NCBI RefSeq assembly: GCF_002410825.1
Contig: NZ_DHOS01000034.1
Coordinates: 90,088-154,087 of the forward strand
Source: Proteiniphilum sp. UBA5384
GTDB taxonomy: Bacteria; Bacteroidota; Bacteroidia; Bacteroidales; Dysgonomonadaceae
Reading direction: 5' to 3'
DNA length: 64,000 bases
The notes below the pieces were generated by a model. The model was given only the letters and a program-made list of their open reading frames with translations, did not search any database and had not been told where the DNA came from. Positions within the stretch are counted from its first letter, which is position 1. Every line of letters starts with the position of its first letter. Shown here piece after piece: positions 46,811 through 57,373 of this stretch. The position numbers were made by a program, and so were the translations under genes.

Positions 46811-48292
46811 ATGAAAAGAATTATTTTGATTGTATTGATAACTGTATGGTATGGATTAAGCCTTACAGGACAGGAAATCTCGCCAGGCGAAACAAAAAAT
46901 ATTGATGATAACGCAATCGTTTATCCCGAAAGTATGACGGAAAAACTGAGCGATTTGTTGCGCAATTGGCAACTTGACCTTTCGAATGCTGAGATCGATT
47001 GCAAAAGGGGACAAAATGTAACCTTCCACGATTCAATTTATACTAAGAGACTACACAATCTGCCCTCCGAGATGGAACTTTCATTCAATAGCGTAGTCAA
47101 GAATTATATAGAGATGTACGCTGTGCGGAAAAGAGAACAGGTCGGGTATATGCTGGCACTGGGCGACTATTATTTCCCGATGTTTGAGCAAGCATTAGAC
47201 AGGTATGGACTTCCATTGGAACTAAAATATCTGCCTGTGATTGAGTCTGCTCTGAACCCTGTGGCGGTTTCCCGTGCCGGTGCTACAGGGTTGTGGCAGT
47301 TTATGCTGCGTACAGGAAAAGGCTATGGGTTAGAAGTGAACAGCCTTGTAGATGAAAGGCGCGATCCCTATAAGTCTACAGATGCAGCTGCGCGTTATCT
47401 GAAGGATTTGTATGCCATTTATGGCGACTGGAATCTGGTGATAGCCGCCTATAATTGTGGTCCCGGAAATGTAAATAAAGCCATTGCCCGAAGTGGAGGC
47501 AAACACGACTATTGGGAAATTTACTACCGCTTGCCGAGGGAAACGAGAGGATATGTGCCGGCATTTATTGCAGCCAACTATATTATGCATCATTACACAG
47601 ATCATAATATCTGTCCGGCCTATTCTCCTTCGCTGACTACCGTTGCGATAGATACAGTGCATGTAAAAGAACGGATGCACCTCGAACAGGTTGCCGGAGT
47701 CCTGGATGTGCCATTGAGCGAACTGCAGAGATTGAACCCTCAATTCCGGAAAGATGTGATACCGGGTGATTTCAAACCGTATGCCTTGGTATTACCATCG
47801 GAAAAAATGTATGCTTTTATTGATAAAAACGATACCATCCTGAATTATCAGAAAGATCGTTACCTTACCCACAGGGCCACGACAGATGCTTTTCTGGATG
47901 GTTCTGTCTCAGCGGGATCGGGAAATACAGCCGATATCTATTATCGTGTAAAGAAAGGTGATAACCTCTCCACGATCGCCCGAAGGCATGGTACCACAGT
48001 AGCGCGGCTTAAATCATGGAATGGACTTCGTTCCAGTAATCTTAGTATAGGAAAACAGTTGATTGTAGGCAAAAAGAGGACACCTGCACCCCCACCGGCA
48101 GATAAAAACGAACTTTCATCTGGATCAGCGGTTGAGACTGAATCAGAACTCGAATTGGAAGCCGGAACCCGGGAGTACAACCGTAACAAAACGTCGGGGG
48201 GAAATGACATCATTTCCTCTTATTTGAAAAGCCAGATTGAAAAAGCTGAACAGAGGAATATAATGGAAAAAGAGGAAGGCTCCGCTGAATAA
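46811..48292 (+). CDS. mltD: Lytic murein transglycosylase with LysM (MltD-like)
   Basis: VIESAL, AGATGLWQFM, AAYNCGPG, ETRGYV; LysM YRVKKGDNLSTIA. Confidence 0.92.
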   Translation: MKRIILIVLITVWYGLSLTGQEISPGETKNIDDNAIVYPESMTEKLSDLLRNWQLDLSNAEIDCKRGQNVTFHDSIYTKRLHNLPSEMELSFNSVVKNYIEMYAVRKREQVGYMLALGDYYFPMFEQALDRYGLPLELKYLPVIESALNPVAVSRAGATGLWQFMLRTGKGYGLEVNSLVDERRDPYKSTDAAARYLKDLYAIYGDWNLVIAAYNCGPGNVNKAIARSGGKHDYWEIYYRLPRETRGYVPAFIAANYIMHHYTDHNICPAYSPSLTTVAIDTVHVKERMHLEQVAGVLDVPLSELQRLNPQFRKDVIPGDFKPYALVLPSEKMYAFIDKNDTILNYQKDRYLTHRATTDAFLDGSVSAGSGNTADIYYRVKKGDNLSTIARRHGTTVARLKSWNGLRSSNLSIGKQLIVGKKRTPAPPPADKNELSSGSAVETESELELEAGTREYNRNKTSGGNDIISSYLKSQIEKAEQRNIMEKEEGSAE

Positions 48293-48293
48293 A

Positions 48294-50615
48294 CTATGTT
48301 ACCAGTACCTTTTTCGTAGACGTGATGCCATCATTGGTCCTGACTCGTACAATATATATGCCTTTAGGCAAGTGTGCAGAAGAATAGGAGGTCCTGTTCA
48401 GACTTATATCAGTAGTTTCGTGATGGATTTTAATTCCTGACGAATAGTATATTTCCCATTCTTCCAACTCATAGTTCGATTCAATAAATATCCTCTTCAT
48501 CTCTTTGGAATAGTAGACTGATAATTTCGGTTGTTTCTTTTCTGACTCTACTGAAGTGGCAAGATTCCCTATCACATAAGGTGAAATCAGTAACGCTGTG
48601 TTAATTGGATTTTCAACGTTCTCCGAAGATTTTACCCATCCCAACGTGTTTTTCATCCACGTTGTGGAAACCCATCCCGATCCGATCTTTCTGGGATCTG
48701 CATTGAATGTGGAAAAACCGGAAGAAACCCCGTTCTTATCATAATAGGAGATATAGAATGTTCCTGAAACAGTTACAGGAACATCAAACCGGATATAGTT
48801 CTCTACACTGTGGCGCATATCACGTGGGGCTGTAGGGAAGCCTGTATTGGTGTAATACGCATAATTATAATTATAGGATTGTTCGTATAGGAGTTGTTCC
48901 GGCCCATTTTCACCAGAGTAAACCCTTATGCGGATGTCCATTTGCGCAATACTGTTGATGGATGGGGAAGAGAGGAAAACGCCTCTCAATTGTACCTTGC
49001 TTTTGGCATCGAACTGTTCCGCAAATTCCGAATATCCGAAAGTATTATTAGTGGAGAAAAATGGTACCGATTGGAAATGATACTTTACTGCCTTGTCACC
49101 TTCCTTGAAATTATGACTTTTTTTATAAGGATCTTGCGCATAAGGATTAAACCCTCCTATTTGTTTGGTCTGCAGGTTTTCCGGATCGAGGTAATAGCTG
49201 ATAGGGTTTGTATTGTAGGGTAACGTATCTTGCACATTCCAGAATTTGGAAAGAGAGGCATAATAATCCGGACCTTTTGGAGAAGAGCAATATGAACTTC
49301 CTCCGGTTAAAGTGCCTACCACTCTTTTCTCCCTGTCGAGCAGCGGAGAACCTGAAGATCCTCCTTCCGTGGCTCCGGTATCCCAGGCTCTTACCACCCA
49401 ATGGGCATTGGGTGCTTCCTGATCATAATTGGGGAGGTCGAAAGAGCCAATGGTTAACGGATCATCCTCAATGGCTACTTTTTTAATTCCTCCATTGGGA
49501 TGGTGCAATCCATGAAAAGGCGTTTCACGAGCCGGATTATTTGCATTCCATCCCAGGTAATAAGGTTGGTATTCCGCAGGGATGGCCGATTCCTCCGGTT
49601 GCAGTTTCAGTTTTAAGAGAGAAATATCGTGATTTTCGCTGATTAACACTGAATCTGCAGAAGCCATCGTCATTTGTATAGGGCCGCGGATATCCATATC
49701 ACACAATGGAGATTGGTAGTTGAAAAAAGCAACAATACTTCCGGCTACTTTATCATAATGCCAGCTTCCGCGTTGCCCGTATTTTTGCCATAAGGACGGA
49801 TTACTTGACCCGAAGCTATAGTTGTTATTCAGGCAGTGAGTGGCCGTCAGCAAATAAGGAGTGCCGTCTTCCGCCGTGTTATTCACAAGCACTCCGGTAC
49901 AATAGAATGTTCCATTGATGATTAATCCCACTACACCACTTCCCGGTTGAATATCTTCGGGATAACAGATCAGGTTGGGATGACAATCCTGTTCCGGGTC
50001 CCTAGGTTCTAAAGCTCTTAAGATTCCCACAAAATCGTGATTCACTTCACCTATTTCAATTTCACCTTTAAAACCAGGCTCCAGGGGTTCCTGGTATTCT
50101 ACAATCAGCGCATCACCTGTGATAGGCTGTATTGGCAACATGTTCAACTCGGTGTTGTTTTTTTCTGTATAGGAGCCCAGTATTTCCGACTGGTCGGAAT
50201 TATAAACAAACAGCTTAGCTTCCGGGGGCAATCTGAATTTAGAAAAGAGGATATTCAGTGAGAATGCGCCGCTAGAACGGATGCCTACACGCCATACTCT
50301 CATATTGCCGGTAATAAAAGTAACGCCTGAATTATCCGGTCGAAGAAAAGGATGGAACTTATAGGCAAATTCCAGACTTTTGAAGTTTGTCTGATTCTGA
50401 AGCGAACGCCGCAATTCCGCCTGTCCGTCTATGGCAGGCATTTCTACAAAGATATCTGTGTGCTGTCCAATGGATCTTGCTCCCATGCCTGCGTGAAGGG
50501 GTAGTGGTTTCCCACCGTAACTAATCTGTCCTACTGCCGTTTGTAGTAGGACGGAGCAAATAAATAGAAGACAACTCTTCAGAATAAACCGGAAAGGAGA
50601 GATAACATTTCTCAT
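48294..50615 (-). CDS. Trypsin-like serine endopeptidase (lysyl endopeptidase/PepK-like) with T9SS C-terminal sorting domain
   Basis: Prodomain, LLTATHC (His), DISLL (Asp), GGSSGSPL (Ser); CTD ending GIYIVRV...KKVLVT. Confidence 0.88.
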   Translation of the reverse strand: MRNVISPFRFILKSCLLFICSVLLQTAVGQISYGGKPLPLHAGMGARSIGQHTDIFVEMPAIDGQAELRRSLQNQTNFKSLEFAYKFHPFLRPDNSGVTFITGNMRVWRVGIRSSGAFSLNILFSKFRLPPEAKLFVYNSDQSEILGSYTEKNNTELNMLPIQPITGDALIVEYQEPLEPGFKGEIEIGEVNHDFVGILRALEPRDPEQDCHPNLICYPEDIQPGSGVVGLIINGTFYCTGVLVNNTAEDGTPYLLTATHCLNNNYSFGSSNPSLWQKYGQRGSWHYDKVAGSIVAFFNYQSPLCDMDIRGPIQMTMASADSVLISENHDISLLKLKLQPEESAIPAEYQPYYLGWNANNPARETPFHGLHHPNGGIKKVAIEDDPLTIGSFDLPNYDQEAPNAHWVVRAWDTGATEGGSSGSPLLDREKRVVGTLTGGSSYCSSPKGPDYYASLSKFWNVQDTLPYNTNPISYYLDPENLQTKQIGGFNPYAQDPYKKSHNFKEGDKAVKYHFQSVPFFSTNNTFGYSEFAEQFDAKSKVQLRGVFLSSPSINSIAQMDIRIRVYSGENGPEQLLYEQSYNYNYAYYTNTGFPTAPRDMRHSVENYIRFDVPVTVSGTFYISYYDKNGVSSGFSTFNADPRKIGSGWVSTTWMKNTLGWVKSSENVENPINTALLISPYVIGNLATSVESEKKQPKLSVYYSKEMKRIFIESNYELEEWEIYYSSGIKIHHETTDISLNRTSYSSAHLPKGIYIVRVRTNDGITSTKKVLVT

Positions 50616-50761
50616 GAATGGGAATCAATTGAATGAAAACATTCAAACATGTTTGAATGTTGTTTAATTGGCTTAATGAAATAGCTATTGCAAATATAAG
50701 GTTTTTTAAGGAATAGAAGTAAATTTGCACTAAATTATTTACATAAAGTAGCGTAGAAGCG

Positions 50762-51559
50762 ATGAAGATGCCATTGAATGGAATGAAAAGCTTTTTAGAT
50801 GAAAAAGCAGATCAATATAATCAAATTTCATTTATTGAAAATGATCCGATATCTGTTCCTCACCTGTTTCTGGAAAATCGGGACCGGGAGATTATGGGTT
50901 TCTTTGCAGCCACTCTGGCATGGGGACAGCGGAAAACCATTATTGCCAAATGTAATGAGTTAGTGCATAGGTTTGGAAGTGAGCCCTATCGTTTCATTAT
51001 GGAGCATGGCGATGAGGACCTGAAAGGTCTGTTGGGCTTTAAACATCGTACTTTTAATGATATCGACTTACTCTATTTTGTGGATTTTCTGCATCGGCAC
51101 TATTCCCGTCATCATACGCTGGAAGACGCTTTTCTGAACGAAGGCGTTTTTAATTCTATAGAGGACTCACTGATCCGGTTCGAACAAGGATTTTTTAATC
51201 ACCCGGCTACACCCCATCGTACCCGTAAACATGTGGCTACACCGTTTCGTAATTCTGCCTGTAAGAGGATCAATATGTTTCTCAGATGGATGGTGAGAAG
51301 TGATGACAAGGGTGTGGATTTTGGCATTTGGAAGCGGGTTCCACAACATGCACTGGTTTGCCCTATCGATCTGCATGTGGATAGGGCGGCTCGCCAGTTG
51401 GGACTGATTACCCGTAAACAGACCGATTGGAAAACAGCATTGGAACTTACCCGAAACCTTTCTCTTCTGGATCCTGATGATCCCGTAAAATATGATTTTG
51501 CACTTTTCGGGTTGTCTTTGGAAAATTATTTTGCCTCTCCCCCAAATTCCATCAGGTAA
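50762..51559 (+). CDS. TIGR02757/DUF2400 family protein
   Basis: NDPISVPH, SACKRINMFLRWMVR, DPDDPVKYDFALFG. Confidence 0.85.
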   Translation: MKMPLNGMKSFLDEKADQYNQISFIENDPISVPHLFLENRDREIMGFFAATLAWGQRKTIIAKCNELVHRFGSEPYRFIMEHGDEDLKGLLGFKHRTFNDIDLLYFVDFLHRHYSRHHTLEDAFLNEGVFNSIEDSLIRFEQGFFNHPATPHRTRKHVATPFRNSACKRINMFLRWMVRSDDKGVDFGIWKRVPQHALVCPIDLHVDRAARQLGLITRKQTDWKTALELTRNLSLLDPDDPVKYDFALFGLSLENYFASPPNSIR

Positions 51560-52642
51560 GCTTTGATAAATCCATCGAGATCGCCATCCATCACACCAGT
51601 AACATCTGATGTCTGGTAGTTAGTACGGTGGTCTTTTACCCGACGGTCATCGAATACATAGCTGCGGATTTGGGACCCCCATTCGATTTTCTTCTTGCCG
51701 GCTTCTATAGCAGCCTGTGCGGCCCGACGCTTTTCCAGTTCAATTTCATAGAGTTGCGACTTGAGTAAACGAAGTGCATTTTCACGGTTTCCCATCTGCG
51801 AACGGCTCTCGGTATTCTCAATCACAATCTCCTGTTCTTCGCCGGTGTCAGGGTCTTTATACTGGTAGTGCAGGCGGACGCCTGTTTCTACCTTATTTAC
51901 ATTCTGTCCTCCTGCTCCGGATGAACGGAAAGTATCCCAACTCAGGTTGGCCGGATTTACTTCAATCTCGATAGAGTCATCCACCAGTGGTACCACAAAT
52001 ACCGAGGCGAACGAGGTCATTCGTTTACCCTGCGCATTGAAAGGCGATACGCGTACCAGCCTATGTACCCCGTTCTCACTTTTCAGGAAGCCATACGCCA
52101 AGTCGCCCTCCACCTGTAGGGTAGCTGTTTTAATGCCTGCATCGTCACCATCCTGCCAGTTGCTGACAGTGGTTTTGTAATTCTTTCCTTCACACCACCG
52201 CTGATACATGCGGAAGAGCATCGAAGCCCAATCCTGACTCTCGGTACCGCCGGCACCGGCGTTGATCTTTAATACCGCGCCTAATTGATCTTCTTCGCGA
52301 CGGAGCATATTTTTTAACTCTAACTCCTCTATCAACTGGAGTGCATGGTTGTAATTGGCATCTATTTCCTCTTCCGATACAATTCCTTCCCTGGCGAAGT
52401 CGAATGCCAATTGTAATTCTTCTGCAGCAGATTTCACTTCCTGATAGGAGTTGATCCAGTATTTCAATTCACGCACTACCTTCATTTGCTGCTCTGCCGC
52501 TTTGGCATCATTCCAAAAATCGGGGGATTGGGTGCGTAACTCTTCTTCTTCTAATTGGATATGCTTTGCATCGACGTCAAAGATACCCCCTCAGCGCGTG
52601 CTCGCGCTCCAACACATCTTTTAGTTGGTCTGCCGTTATCAT
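51526..52642 (-). CDS. prfB: Peptide chain release factor 2 with programmed +1 frameshift
   Basis: ATG 52642 MITADQLKDVLEREHALRGYL, then CTT TGA C (52582-52576) and DVDAKHIQLEEEE in the +1 frame; SPF and GGQ motifs. Confidence 0.97.
52576..52591 (-). promoter_or_regulatory. RF2 frameshift cassette
   Basis: AGGGGG-TAT-CTT-TGA-C. Confidence 0.95.
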
Positions 52643-52674
52643 ATTGATTTTTTTCAGTTTTTGAATTTAGGATG

Positions 52675-52682
52675 CAAAGTTA
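52675..52682 (-). promoter_or_regulatory. -7 box for prfB
   Basis: TAACTTTG on the minus strand. Confidence 0.6.
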
Positions 52683-52737
52683 AGAAAAGATCCTTAAATT
52701 TCGACAGCATAGGGTCTAGTCTGACGGATATCCATAA

Positions 52738-53745
52738 TTATTTGAAAATATCGAGTCTTTCTCCGGCTTTTAATACCGCGCCTAACTGCGGATTCCATTC
52801 TTTCAACTGATCTACTGTACAGCCATACTGTCTTGAAATGGAATAGAGCGTTTCACCCATTTGTACTGTATGGCTTCTGGTGGGAGAAGAGATAATCATG
52901 ACTTCTTCCTCCCTCAGCACCATTTCTCTTTTTGCCTGCCGAAGCGTATCTTTATTTTCTTTCCCCTTTGGGACAGGGTCGATTGGTTGATTCTTGACTG
53001 AATTGGTCTGTACGAGAATAATAGGATCATCACCGTTCCCTGAATGGCTCTCTGTCTGTTGTGCAGTAACGATGGCATTTGTTGTCTTTCCTTCTTTGGC
53101 GGGATTTATTTCCGGAATATCCCGATAGTTTTGCGCTTTAGTTTTTGAGGTTGGATAGGATATCTGTTGTTTGTTACTGCTTGATGGTTTTTGTTGCGTT
53201 ACATAAGATGCATTTTCTTCTAATACCCTACCTCCACGCAAATAACGTGATGCGTAATAGGGTTCAGTAGAAGATGATATAATCACTCCACTGGTAATGG
53301 AGGCATGGATGAACTTGAATTGACCGTTGGTGGATGTCTCTGTCACTATTCCCACATGTCCGACATTCCCGTTTTTCCTGTTTCCTTCAAAAAATACAAG
53401 ATCTCCCTTTCGAAGTTCTTCCCGCCGGGTAATGGAGGGGACTTGCCTGTCTTGTCCCGATGAACTGGAGCCTAATCTGTAGCCGAATTTTTTGAATACG
53501 AAAGAGGTATAACCCGAACAGTCGAAAGTGTTGGGTCCTTTTCCCGCATATCGGTATGGCTTGCCAAGGTATTGCCTTCCATATTGAATGATATCATCCT
53601 GTAACGTGGTGGAAGTTTTGTTATCGGAGACAACGGTTTTTCCCGTGCCGCATGAGGTCAGGATGAGTAATATAATAGCCAGGGAGGTGACCTTTACCCG
53701 GCTGTTATTTTTATATATCGTAGAAAATACGCTATAGAGTGACAT
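52738..53745 (-). CDS. NlpC/P60 peptidoglycan endopeptidase lipoprotein with C-terminal LysM; likely start 53745
   Basis: Lipobox LTSC, FDCSGY, GDLVFF, HVGI; LysM HTVQMGETLYSISR. Confidence 0.9.
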   Translation of the reverse strand: MSLYSVFSTIYKNNSRVKVTSLAIILLILTSCGTGKTVVSDNKTSTTLQDDIIQYGRQYLGKPYRYAGKGPNTFDCSGYTSFVFKKFGYRLGSSSSGQDRQVPSITRREELRKGDLVFFEGNRKNGNVGHVGIVTETSTNGQFKFIHASITSGVIISSSTEPYYASRYLRGGRVLEENASYVTQQKPSSSNKQQISYPTSKTKAQNYRDIPEINPAKEGKTTNAIVTAQQTESHSGNGDDPIILVQTNSVKNQPIDPVPKGKENKDTLRQAKREMVLREEEVMIISSPTRSHTVQMGETLYSISRQYGCTVDQLKEWNPQLGAVLKAGERLDIFK

Positions 53746-53925
53746 ATTTAAAAGACAAAAATAAGCAAAATCGTTCTTGTAGCAGATGTACTTCTTGTTT
53801 TTTAACAACATCATTCTGCCGGCAGGGAGGGTAGGGAAATAAAAAATTGTATCTTTGAAACCTGCCAGAGCCAATCTGGTTTTGGAGAAGAGTGGTTTAT
53901 CGATGAAAAAATAAAGCAGTGAAGA

Positions 53926-54531
53926 ATGAAGCCATTAAAGAATATTATTTTTGATTTTGGAGGAGTGCTAATCGATTGGAACCCGGTTTATCTTTATAGA
54001 AAGGTCTTCGACAAAGAAGAGATGGATTGGTTTCTTGCACATATATGTCGTTACGAATGGAATATACTGCAGGATGCGGGGCGTTCCCTGGCCGAAGGAA
54101 CAAGGATCCTGCAGGAACAATATCCGGAGTATAAAAAAGAGATCGCCATGTATTACGGGCGATGGCAGGAGATGTTGGGAGGAACGATTGACGAGAATGT
54201 GAGGTTGATTAAATTGCTGAAAGGAAATTATAAAGTATATGGTCTTACCAATTGGTCGGCAGAAACAATTCCTCTTGCCGTGGAGCGCTATGATTTTTTC
54301 AACGATCTGGATGGTATGGTCGTTTCGGGGGAAGAAAAAACGATAAAACCCGATCCGAAACTCTACAGGATATTAATGGAACGTTATGGGATAAAAGCAG
54401 AGGAATCGTTGTTTATCGATGACAACTATGCAAATGTAGAGACGGCGCAGCGATTAGGATTTCAGACCATCCATCTGACGGAGGGCATGAATCTCGAAAA
54501 AAATCTCAGGGAAAGAGCAGTTTTAATTTAG
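53926..54531 (+). CDS. HAD family phosphatase
   Basis: IFDFGGVLID, LTNW, KPD, FIDD. Confidence 0.92.
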   Translation: MKPLKNIIFDFGGVLIDWNPVYLYRKVFDKEEMDWFLAHICRYEWNILQDAGRSLAEGTRILQEQYPEYKKEIAMYYGRWQEMLGGTIDENVRLIKLLKGNYKVYGLTNWSAETIPLAVERYDFFNDLDGMVVSGEEKTIKPDPKLYRILMERYGIKAEESLFIDDNYANVETAQRLGFQTIHLTEGMNLEKNLRERAVLI

Positions 54532-54554
54532 TATATTGCCATAATATATTTTCT

Positions 54555-55721
54555 CTATTTCCGGTTATTCTTCTTATAATCTTCGTAAAAAGCTTGTGCC
54601 ATCCAGTTAGCCAGCGCCTGACGGTTATCACTTTGTAGAATGCGACGACGATCGAAGTCATTTTGAATATTTCCTGTTTCCACAAGGATAGAGGGTGGTT
54701 GCAAGTTGCGGAGAACATAGAGGTTACGCTGCTCGACGAATCCCCCAAAACCTCTCCCCGGCTGATGTGTGTCATATTTCATGCGAAAGTAGTCCCGCAT
54801 GGTAGTGGCTAATTTTTTTGATTGGTTATCATTGGAGTGATAGAAAAATACATCAATACGCTTGCCCTTGCTGCGACTGTCCACATGGAGGTCGATGGCG
54901 CGGATATAATCATATTTATTTTTATCCCGTTGATAGAATTCGTTCACTTTGTCCACTCGTTGTTTTAGTCTTTCGAGTTGGTTTCGAGGTATGGCTTTTC
55001 CCATACATGTTTCATTCGAGCTGTTGTTCAGGTACATTTCATCCCGGATACCGTCTTTGGGATCCTGTATGATTACGTACACGGTGGCTCCCTCCATCAT
55101 CAGGTTACGAGCCAACCGTAAGGCAATATCATACGCATATTCATCTTCATGGAGAAACCTGTTCCCTACGCGTGCGATAGCCCCCGGATCGGGGCCGCCG
55201 TGACCGCTGATAATATAGAAACAAGTATTTCTTAACCGGTCCGATTGCGGTTGCATGTTGCTCAGTTTTTTTCCGAAAATAGAAGGATCGGTTCCCCGGG
55301 ATATTGCTTCAAGGGGTAATGATTGTGCCTTTTCTGCTGGTATGGGTTGTATCTCTTCCGGGGAAAGCGGTTGTTCCTCTTGTATGGAATCCGGCTGTAC
55401 TTCTTCTGCGGGAACCGCTTGCATCTCTTCCGGCAGTATCATCAGTCCCTCTTCTGTAGCAGCTATTCGTTTATCTTCCGGATGAAATGGAGGAATTATG
55501 TATTTCCTGCCCATTATCAATCCTCCCTTGGCGGTGAACTTCCCTGTGTTTAGCTCCCTGAACGCTTTCACATAAGAATCCCCGACCCTGTCGTATCGGC
55601 GCAGAAACGAGTGGATGCCATCCCCCGCCTTCGGATAGGCCGTGTCTTGTGCGACCAAAGAGGTTGTTCCCAATAACAATAAGCATAGGATATTTCCAAA
55701 AAGATAAACTTTCATATACAA
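54555..55721 (-). CDS. N-acetylmuramoyl-L-alanine amidase (Amidase_3)
   Basis: SGHGGPDPGA, HEDE, DLHVDS, VETGN; signal peptide. Confidence 0.9.
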   Translation of the reverse strand: MYMKVYLFGNILCLLLLGTTSLVAQDTAYPKAGDGIHSFLRRYDRVGDSYVKAFRELNTGKFTAKGGLIMGRKYIIPPFHPEDKRIAATEEGLMILPEEMQAVPAEEVQPDSIQEEQPLSPEEIQPIPAEKAQSLPLEAISRGTDPSIFGKKLSNMQPQSDRLRNTCFYIISGHGGPDPGAIARVGNRFLHEDEYAYDIALRLARNLMMEGATVYVIIQDPKDGIRDEMYLNNSSNETCMGKAIPRNQLERLKQRVDKVNEFYQRDKNKYDYIRAIDLHVDSRSKGKRIDVFFYHSNDNQSKKLATTMRDYFRMKYDTHQPGRGFGGFVEQRNLYVLRNLQPPSILVETGNIQNDFDRRRILQSDNRQALANWMAQAFYEDYKKNNRK

Positions 55722-55886
55722 AATACAATATTTTCATTCTGTGATGAAAAGATAATAACAGAGCTGTGAAAATGTTTTGACAGGATCATTGCCAAAAATA
55801 ATTATTTTATTTCGTTTAATAGTCTTATAGAAAGAATCAATACTATATTTTAACGTTTATTCAAGACTATCTGCCTGTTTTATTAT

Positions 55887-55894
55887 TACCTTTG
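55887..55894 (+). promoter_or_regulatory. -7 box of the metK operon
   Basis: TACCTTTG directly before the riboswitch. Confidence 0.65.
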
Positions 55895-55908
55895 CCCCGA
55901 CAGAATAA

Positions 55909-55960
55909 GTGTGGAAAGATTTGAACTGCTTGCAACCACAGAAAAAAATGCTAAAACGCT
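55909..55960 (+). ncRNA. SAM-II riboswitch aptamer in the metK leader
   Basis: P1 UGUGG/CCACA; GAUUU (55918-22), UUGC (55930-33), A-rich linker and GCUAA (55950-54) match the SAM-II pseudoknot core; upstream of SAM synthetase. Confidence 0.8.
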
Positions 55961-56018
55961 TTATTGCATTTTCCTTCTCTTCATTGCTTCGGTTCATCTA
56001 ATTTATATCAGATTAAAA

Positions 56019-57323
56019 ATGAATTATTTTTTTACCTCCGAGTCGGTGTCGGAAGGACACCCCGATAAAGTGTCTGATCAAATATCGGATGCGTTGGTCG
56101 ATGAATTTTTAGCATACGACCGTGATTCTAAAGTGGCGTGTGAAACGCTGGTGACAACCGGACAGGTTGTGCTGGCCGGTGAAGTAAAATCAAAAGCTTA
56201 TGTAGATGTTGCCGAAGTGGCGCGTAATGTGATTGCTTCGATAGGCTATACCAAAAGTGAATATCATTTCGAAGCACAATCGTGCGGGGTCTTTTCCAGT
56301 ATACATGAACAATCGGATGATATCAACCGTGGAGTAGATCAAAAAGCCGATCCTATGGATCAGGGTGCGGGTGATCAGGGAATGATGTTTGGTTATGCAA
56401 CCGATGAGACTGAAAATTATATGCCTCTTGCACTCGATTTGAGTCATGCTTTGTTACAGGAACTGGCCAATATCCGGAAAAATGAACCGGAACTAATGCC
56501 TTATTTGCGTCCCGATGCCAAGTCGCAGGTAACTATCGAATACAATGAGGAGGGAACCCCGCTACGTATAGATGCTATTGTGATCTCTACACAACATGAT
56601 GAGTTTGAAATGCCGAAGAACAATACGAAAGAAGCAGTGCTTGAAGCCGATAGGAGAATGCAGTCACGTATCCGGTCGGATGTGAAGACTATTCTTATTC
56701 CTCGCGTGCAGGCACAGTACAAAGGAAGAAAAGATGTGCATCGTCTCTTTGAAGGTGAGTTCACCCTCCATGTAAACCCGACAGGGAAATTTGTAATTGG
56801 AGGACCCCATGGTGATACCGGATTGACAGGCCGGAAAATTATTGTGGATACATATGGAGGAAAAGCCCCTCATGGAGGTGGGGCTTTTTCAGGAAAAGAC
56901 CCTTCAAAAGTAGACCGTTCGGCAGCCTACGCAGCACGGCATATCGCAAAAAATATGGTGGCAGCAGGTATCGCCCGGGAGATATTGATCCAGGTCTCTT
57001 ATGCCATAGGAGTTGCAGAACCAATGAATATTTATGTTGATACTTTCGGAAAGAGTAATGTGAAGCTTTCCGACGGAGAAATCGCCAGGAAGATCGGACT
57101 ATTGTTTGACTTACGTCCTAAAGCCATTGAACAGCGGTTGAAACTGCGAAATCCTATTTACAGGGAAACTGCTTCTTACGGACATATGGGACGTGAACCG
57201 AAAATAGTAAAGAAGGAGTTCAATTCTCGTTATATGCTTGAGCCGGTACGGGTTGAGGTGGAGTTGTTTACTTGGGAAAAATTGGATTATGTGGATAAAA
57301 TCAGGAGAGAGTTTGGATTGTAG
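56019..57323 (+). CDS. metK: S-adenosylmethionine synthetase; start 56019
   Basis: [28 protein letters not shown]. Confidence 0.98.
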   Translation: MNYFFTSESVSEGHPDKVSDQISDALVDEFLAYDRDSKVACETLVTTGQVVLAGEVKSKAYVDVAEVARNVIASIGYTKSEYHFEAQSCGVFSSIHEQSDDINRGVDQKADPMDQGAGDQGMMFGYATDETENYMPLALDLSHALLQELANIRKNEPELMPYLRPDAKSQVTIEYNEEGTPLRIDAIVISTQHDEFEMPKNNTKEAVLEADRRMQSRIRSDVKTILIPRVQAQYKGRKDVHRLFEGEFTLHVNPTGKFVIGGPHGDTGLTGRKIIVDTYGGKAPHGGGAFSGKDPSKVDRSAAYAARHIAKNMVAAGIAREILIQVSYAIGVAEPMNIYVDTFGKSNVKLSDGEIARKIGLLFDLRPKAIEQRLKLRNPIYRETASYGHMGREPKIVKKEFNSRYMLEPVRVEVELFTWEKLDYVDKIRREFGL

Positions 57324-57373
57324 GATAAGTGGTTAAGTGAATAAGTCTTGGTTCTTGGCTCTAAAAGGAAAAG

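Noticed and set aside
51526-52485. prfB starting at MKVVRE as in the ORF track
   Set aside because: The true start is 52642, joined through the CTT TGA +1 frameshift.
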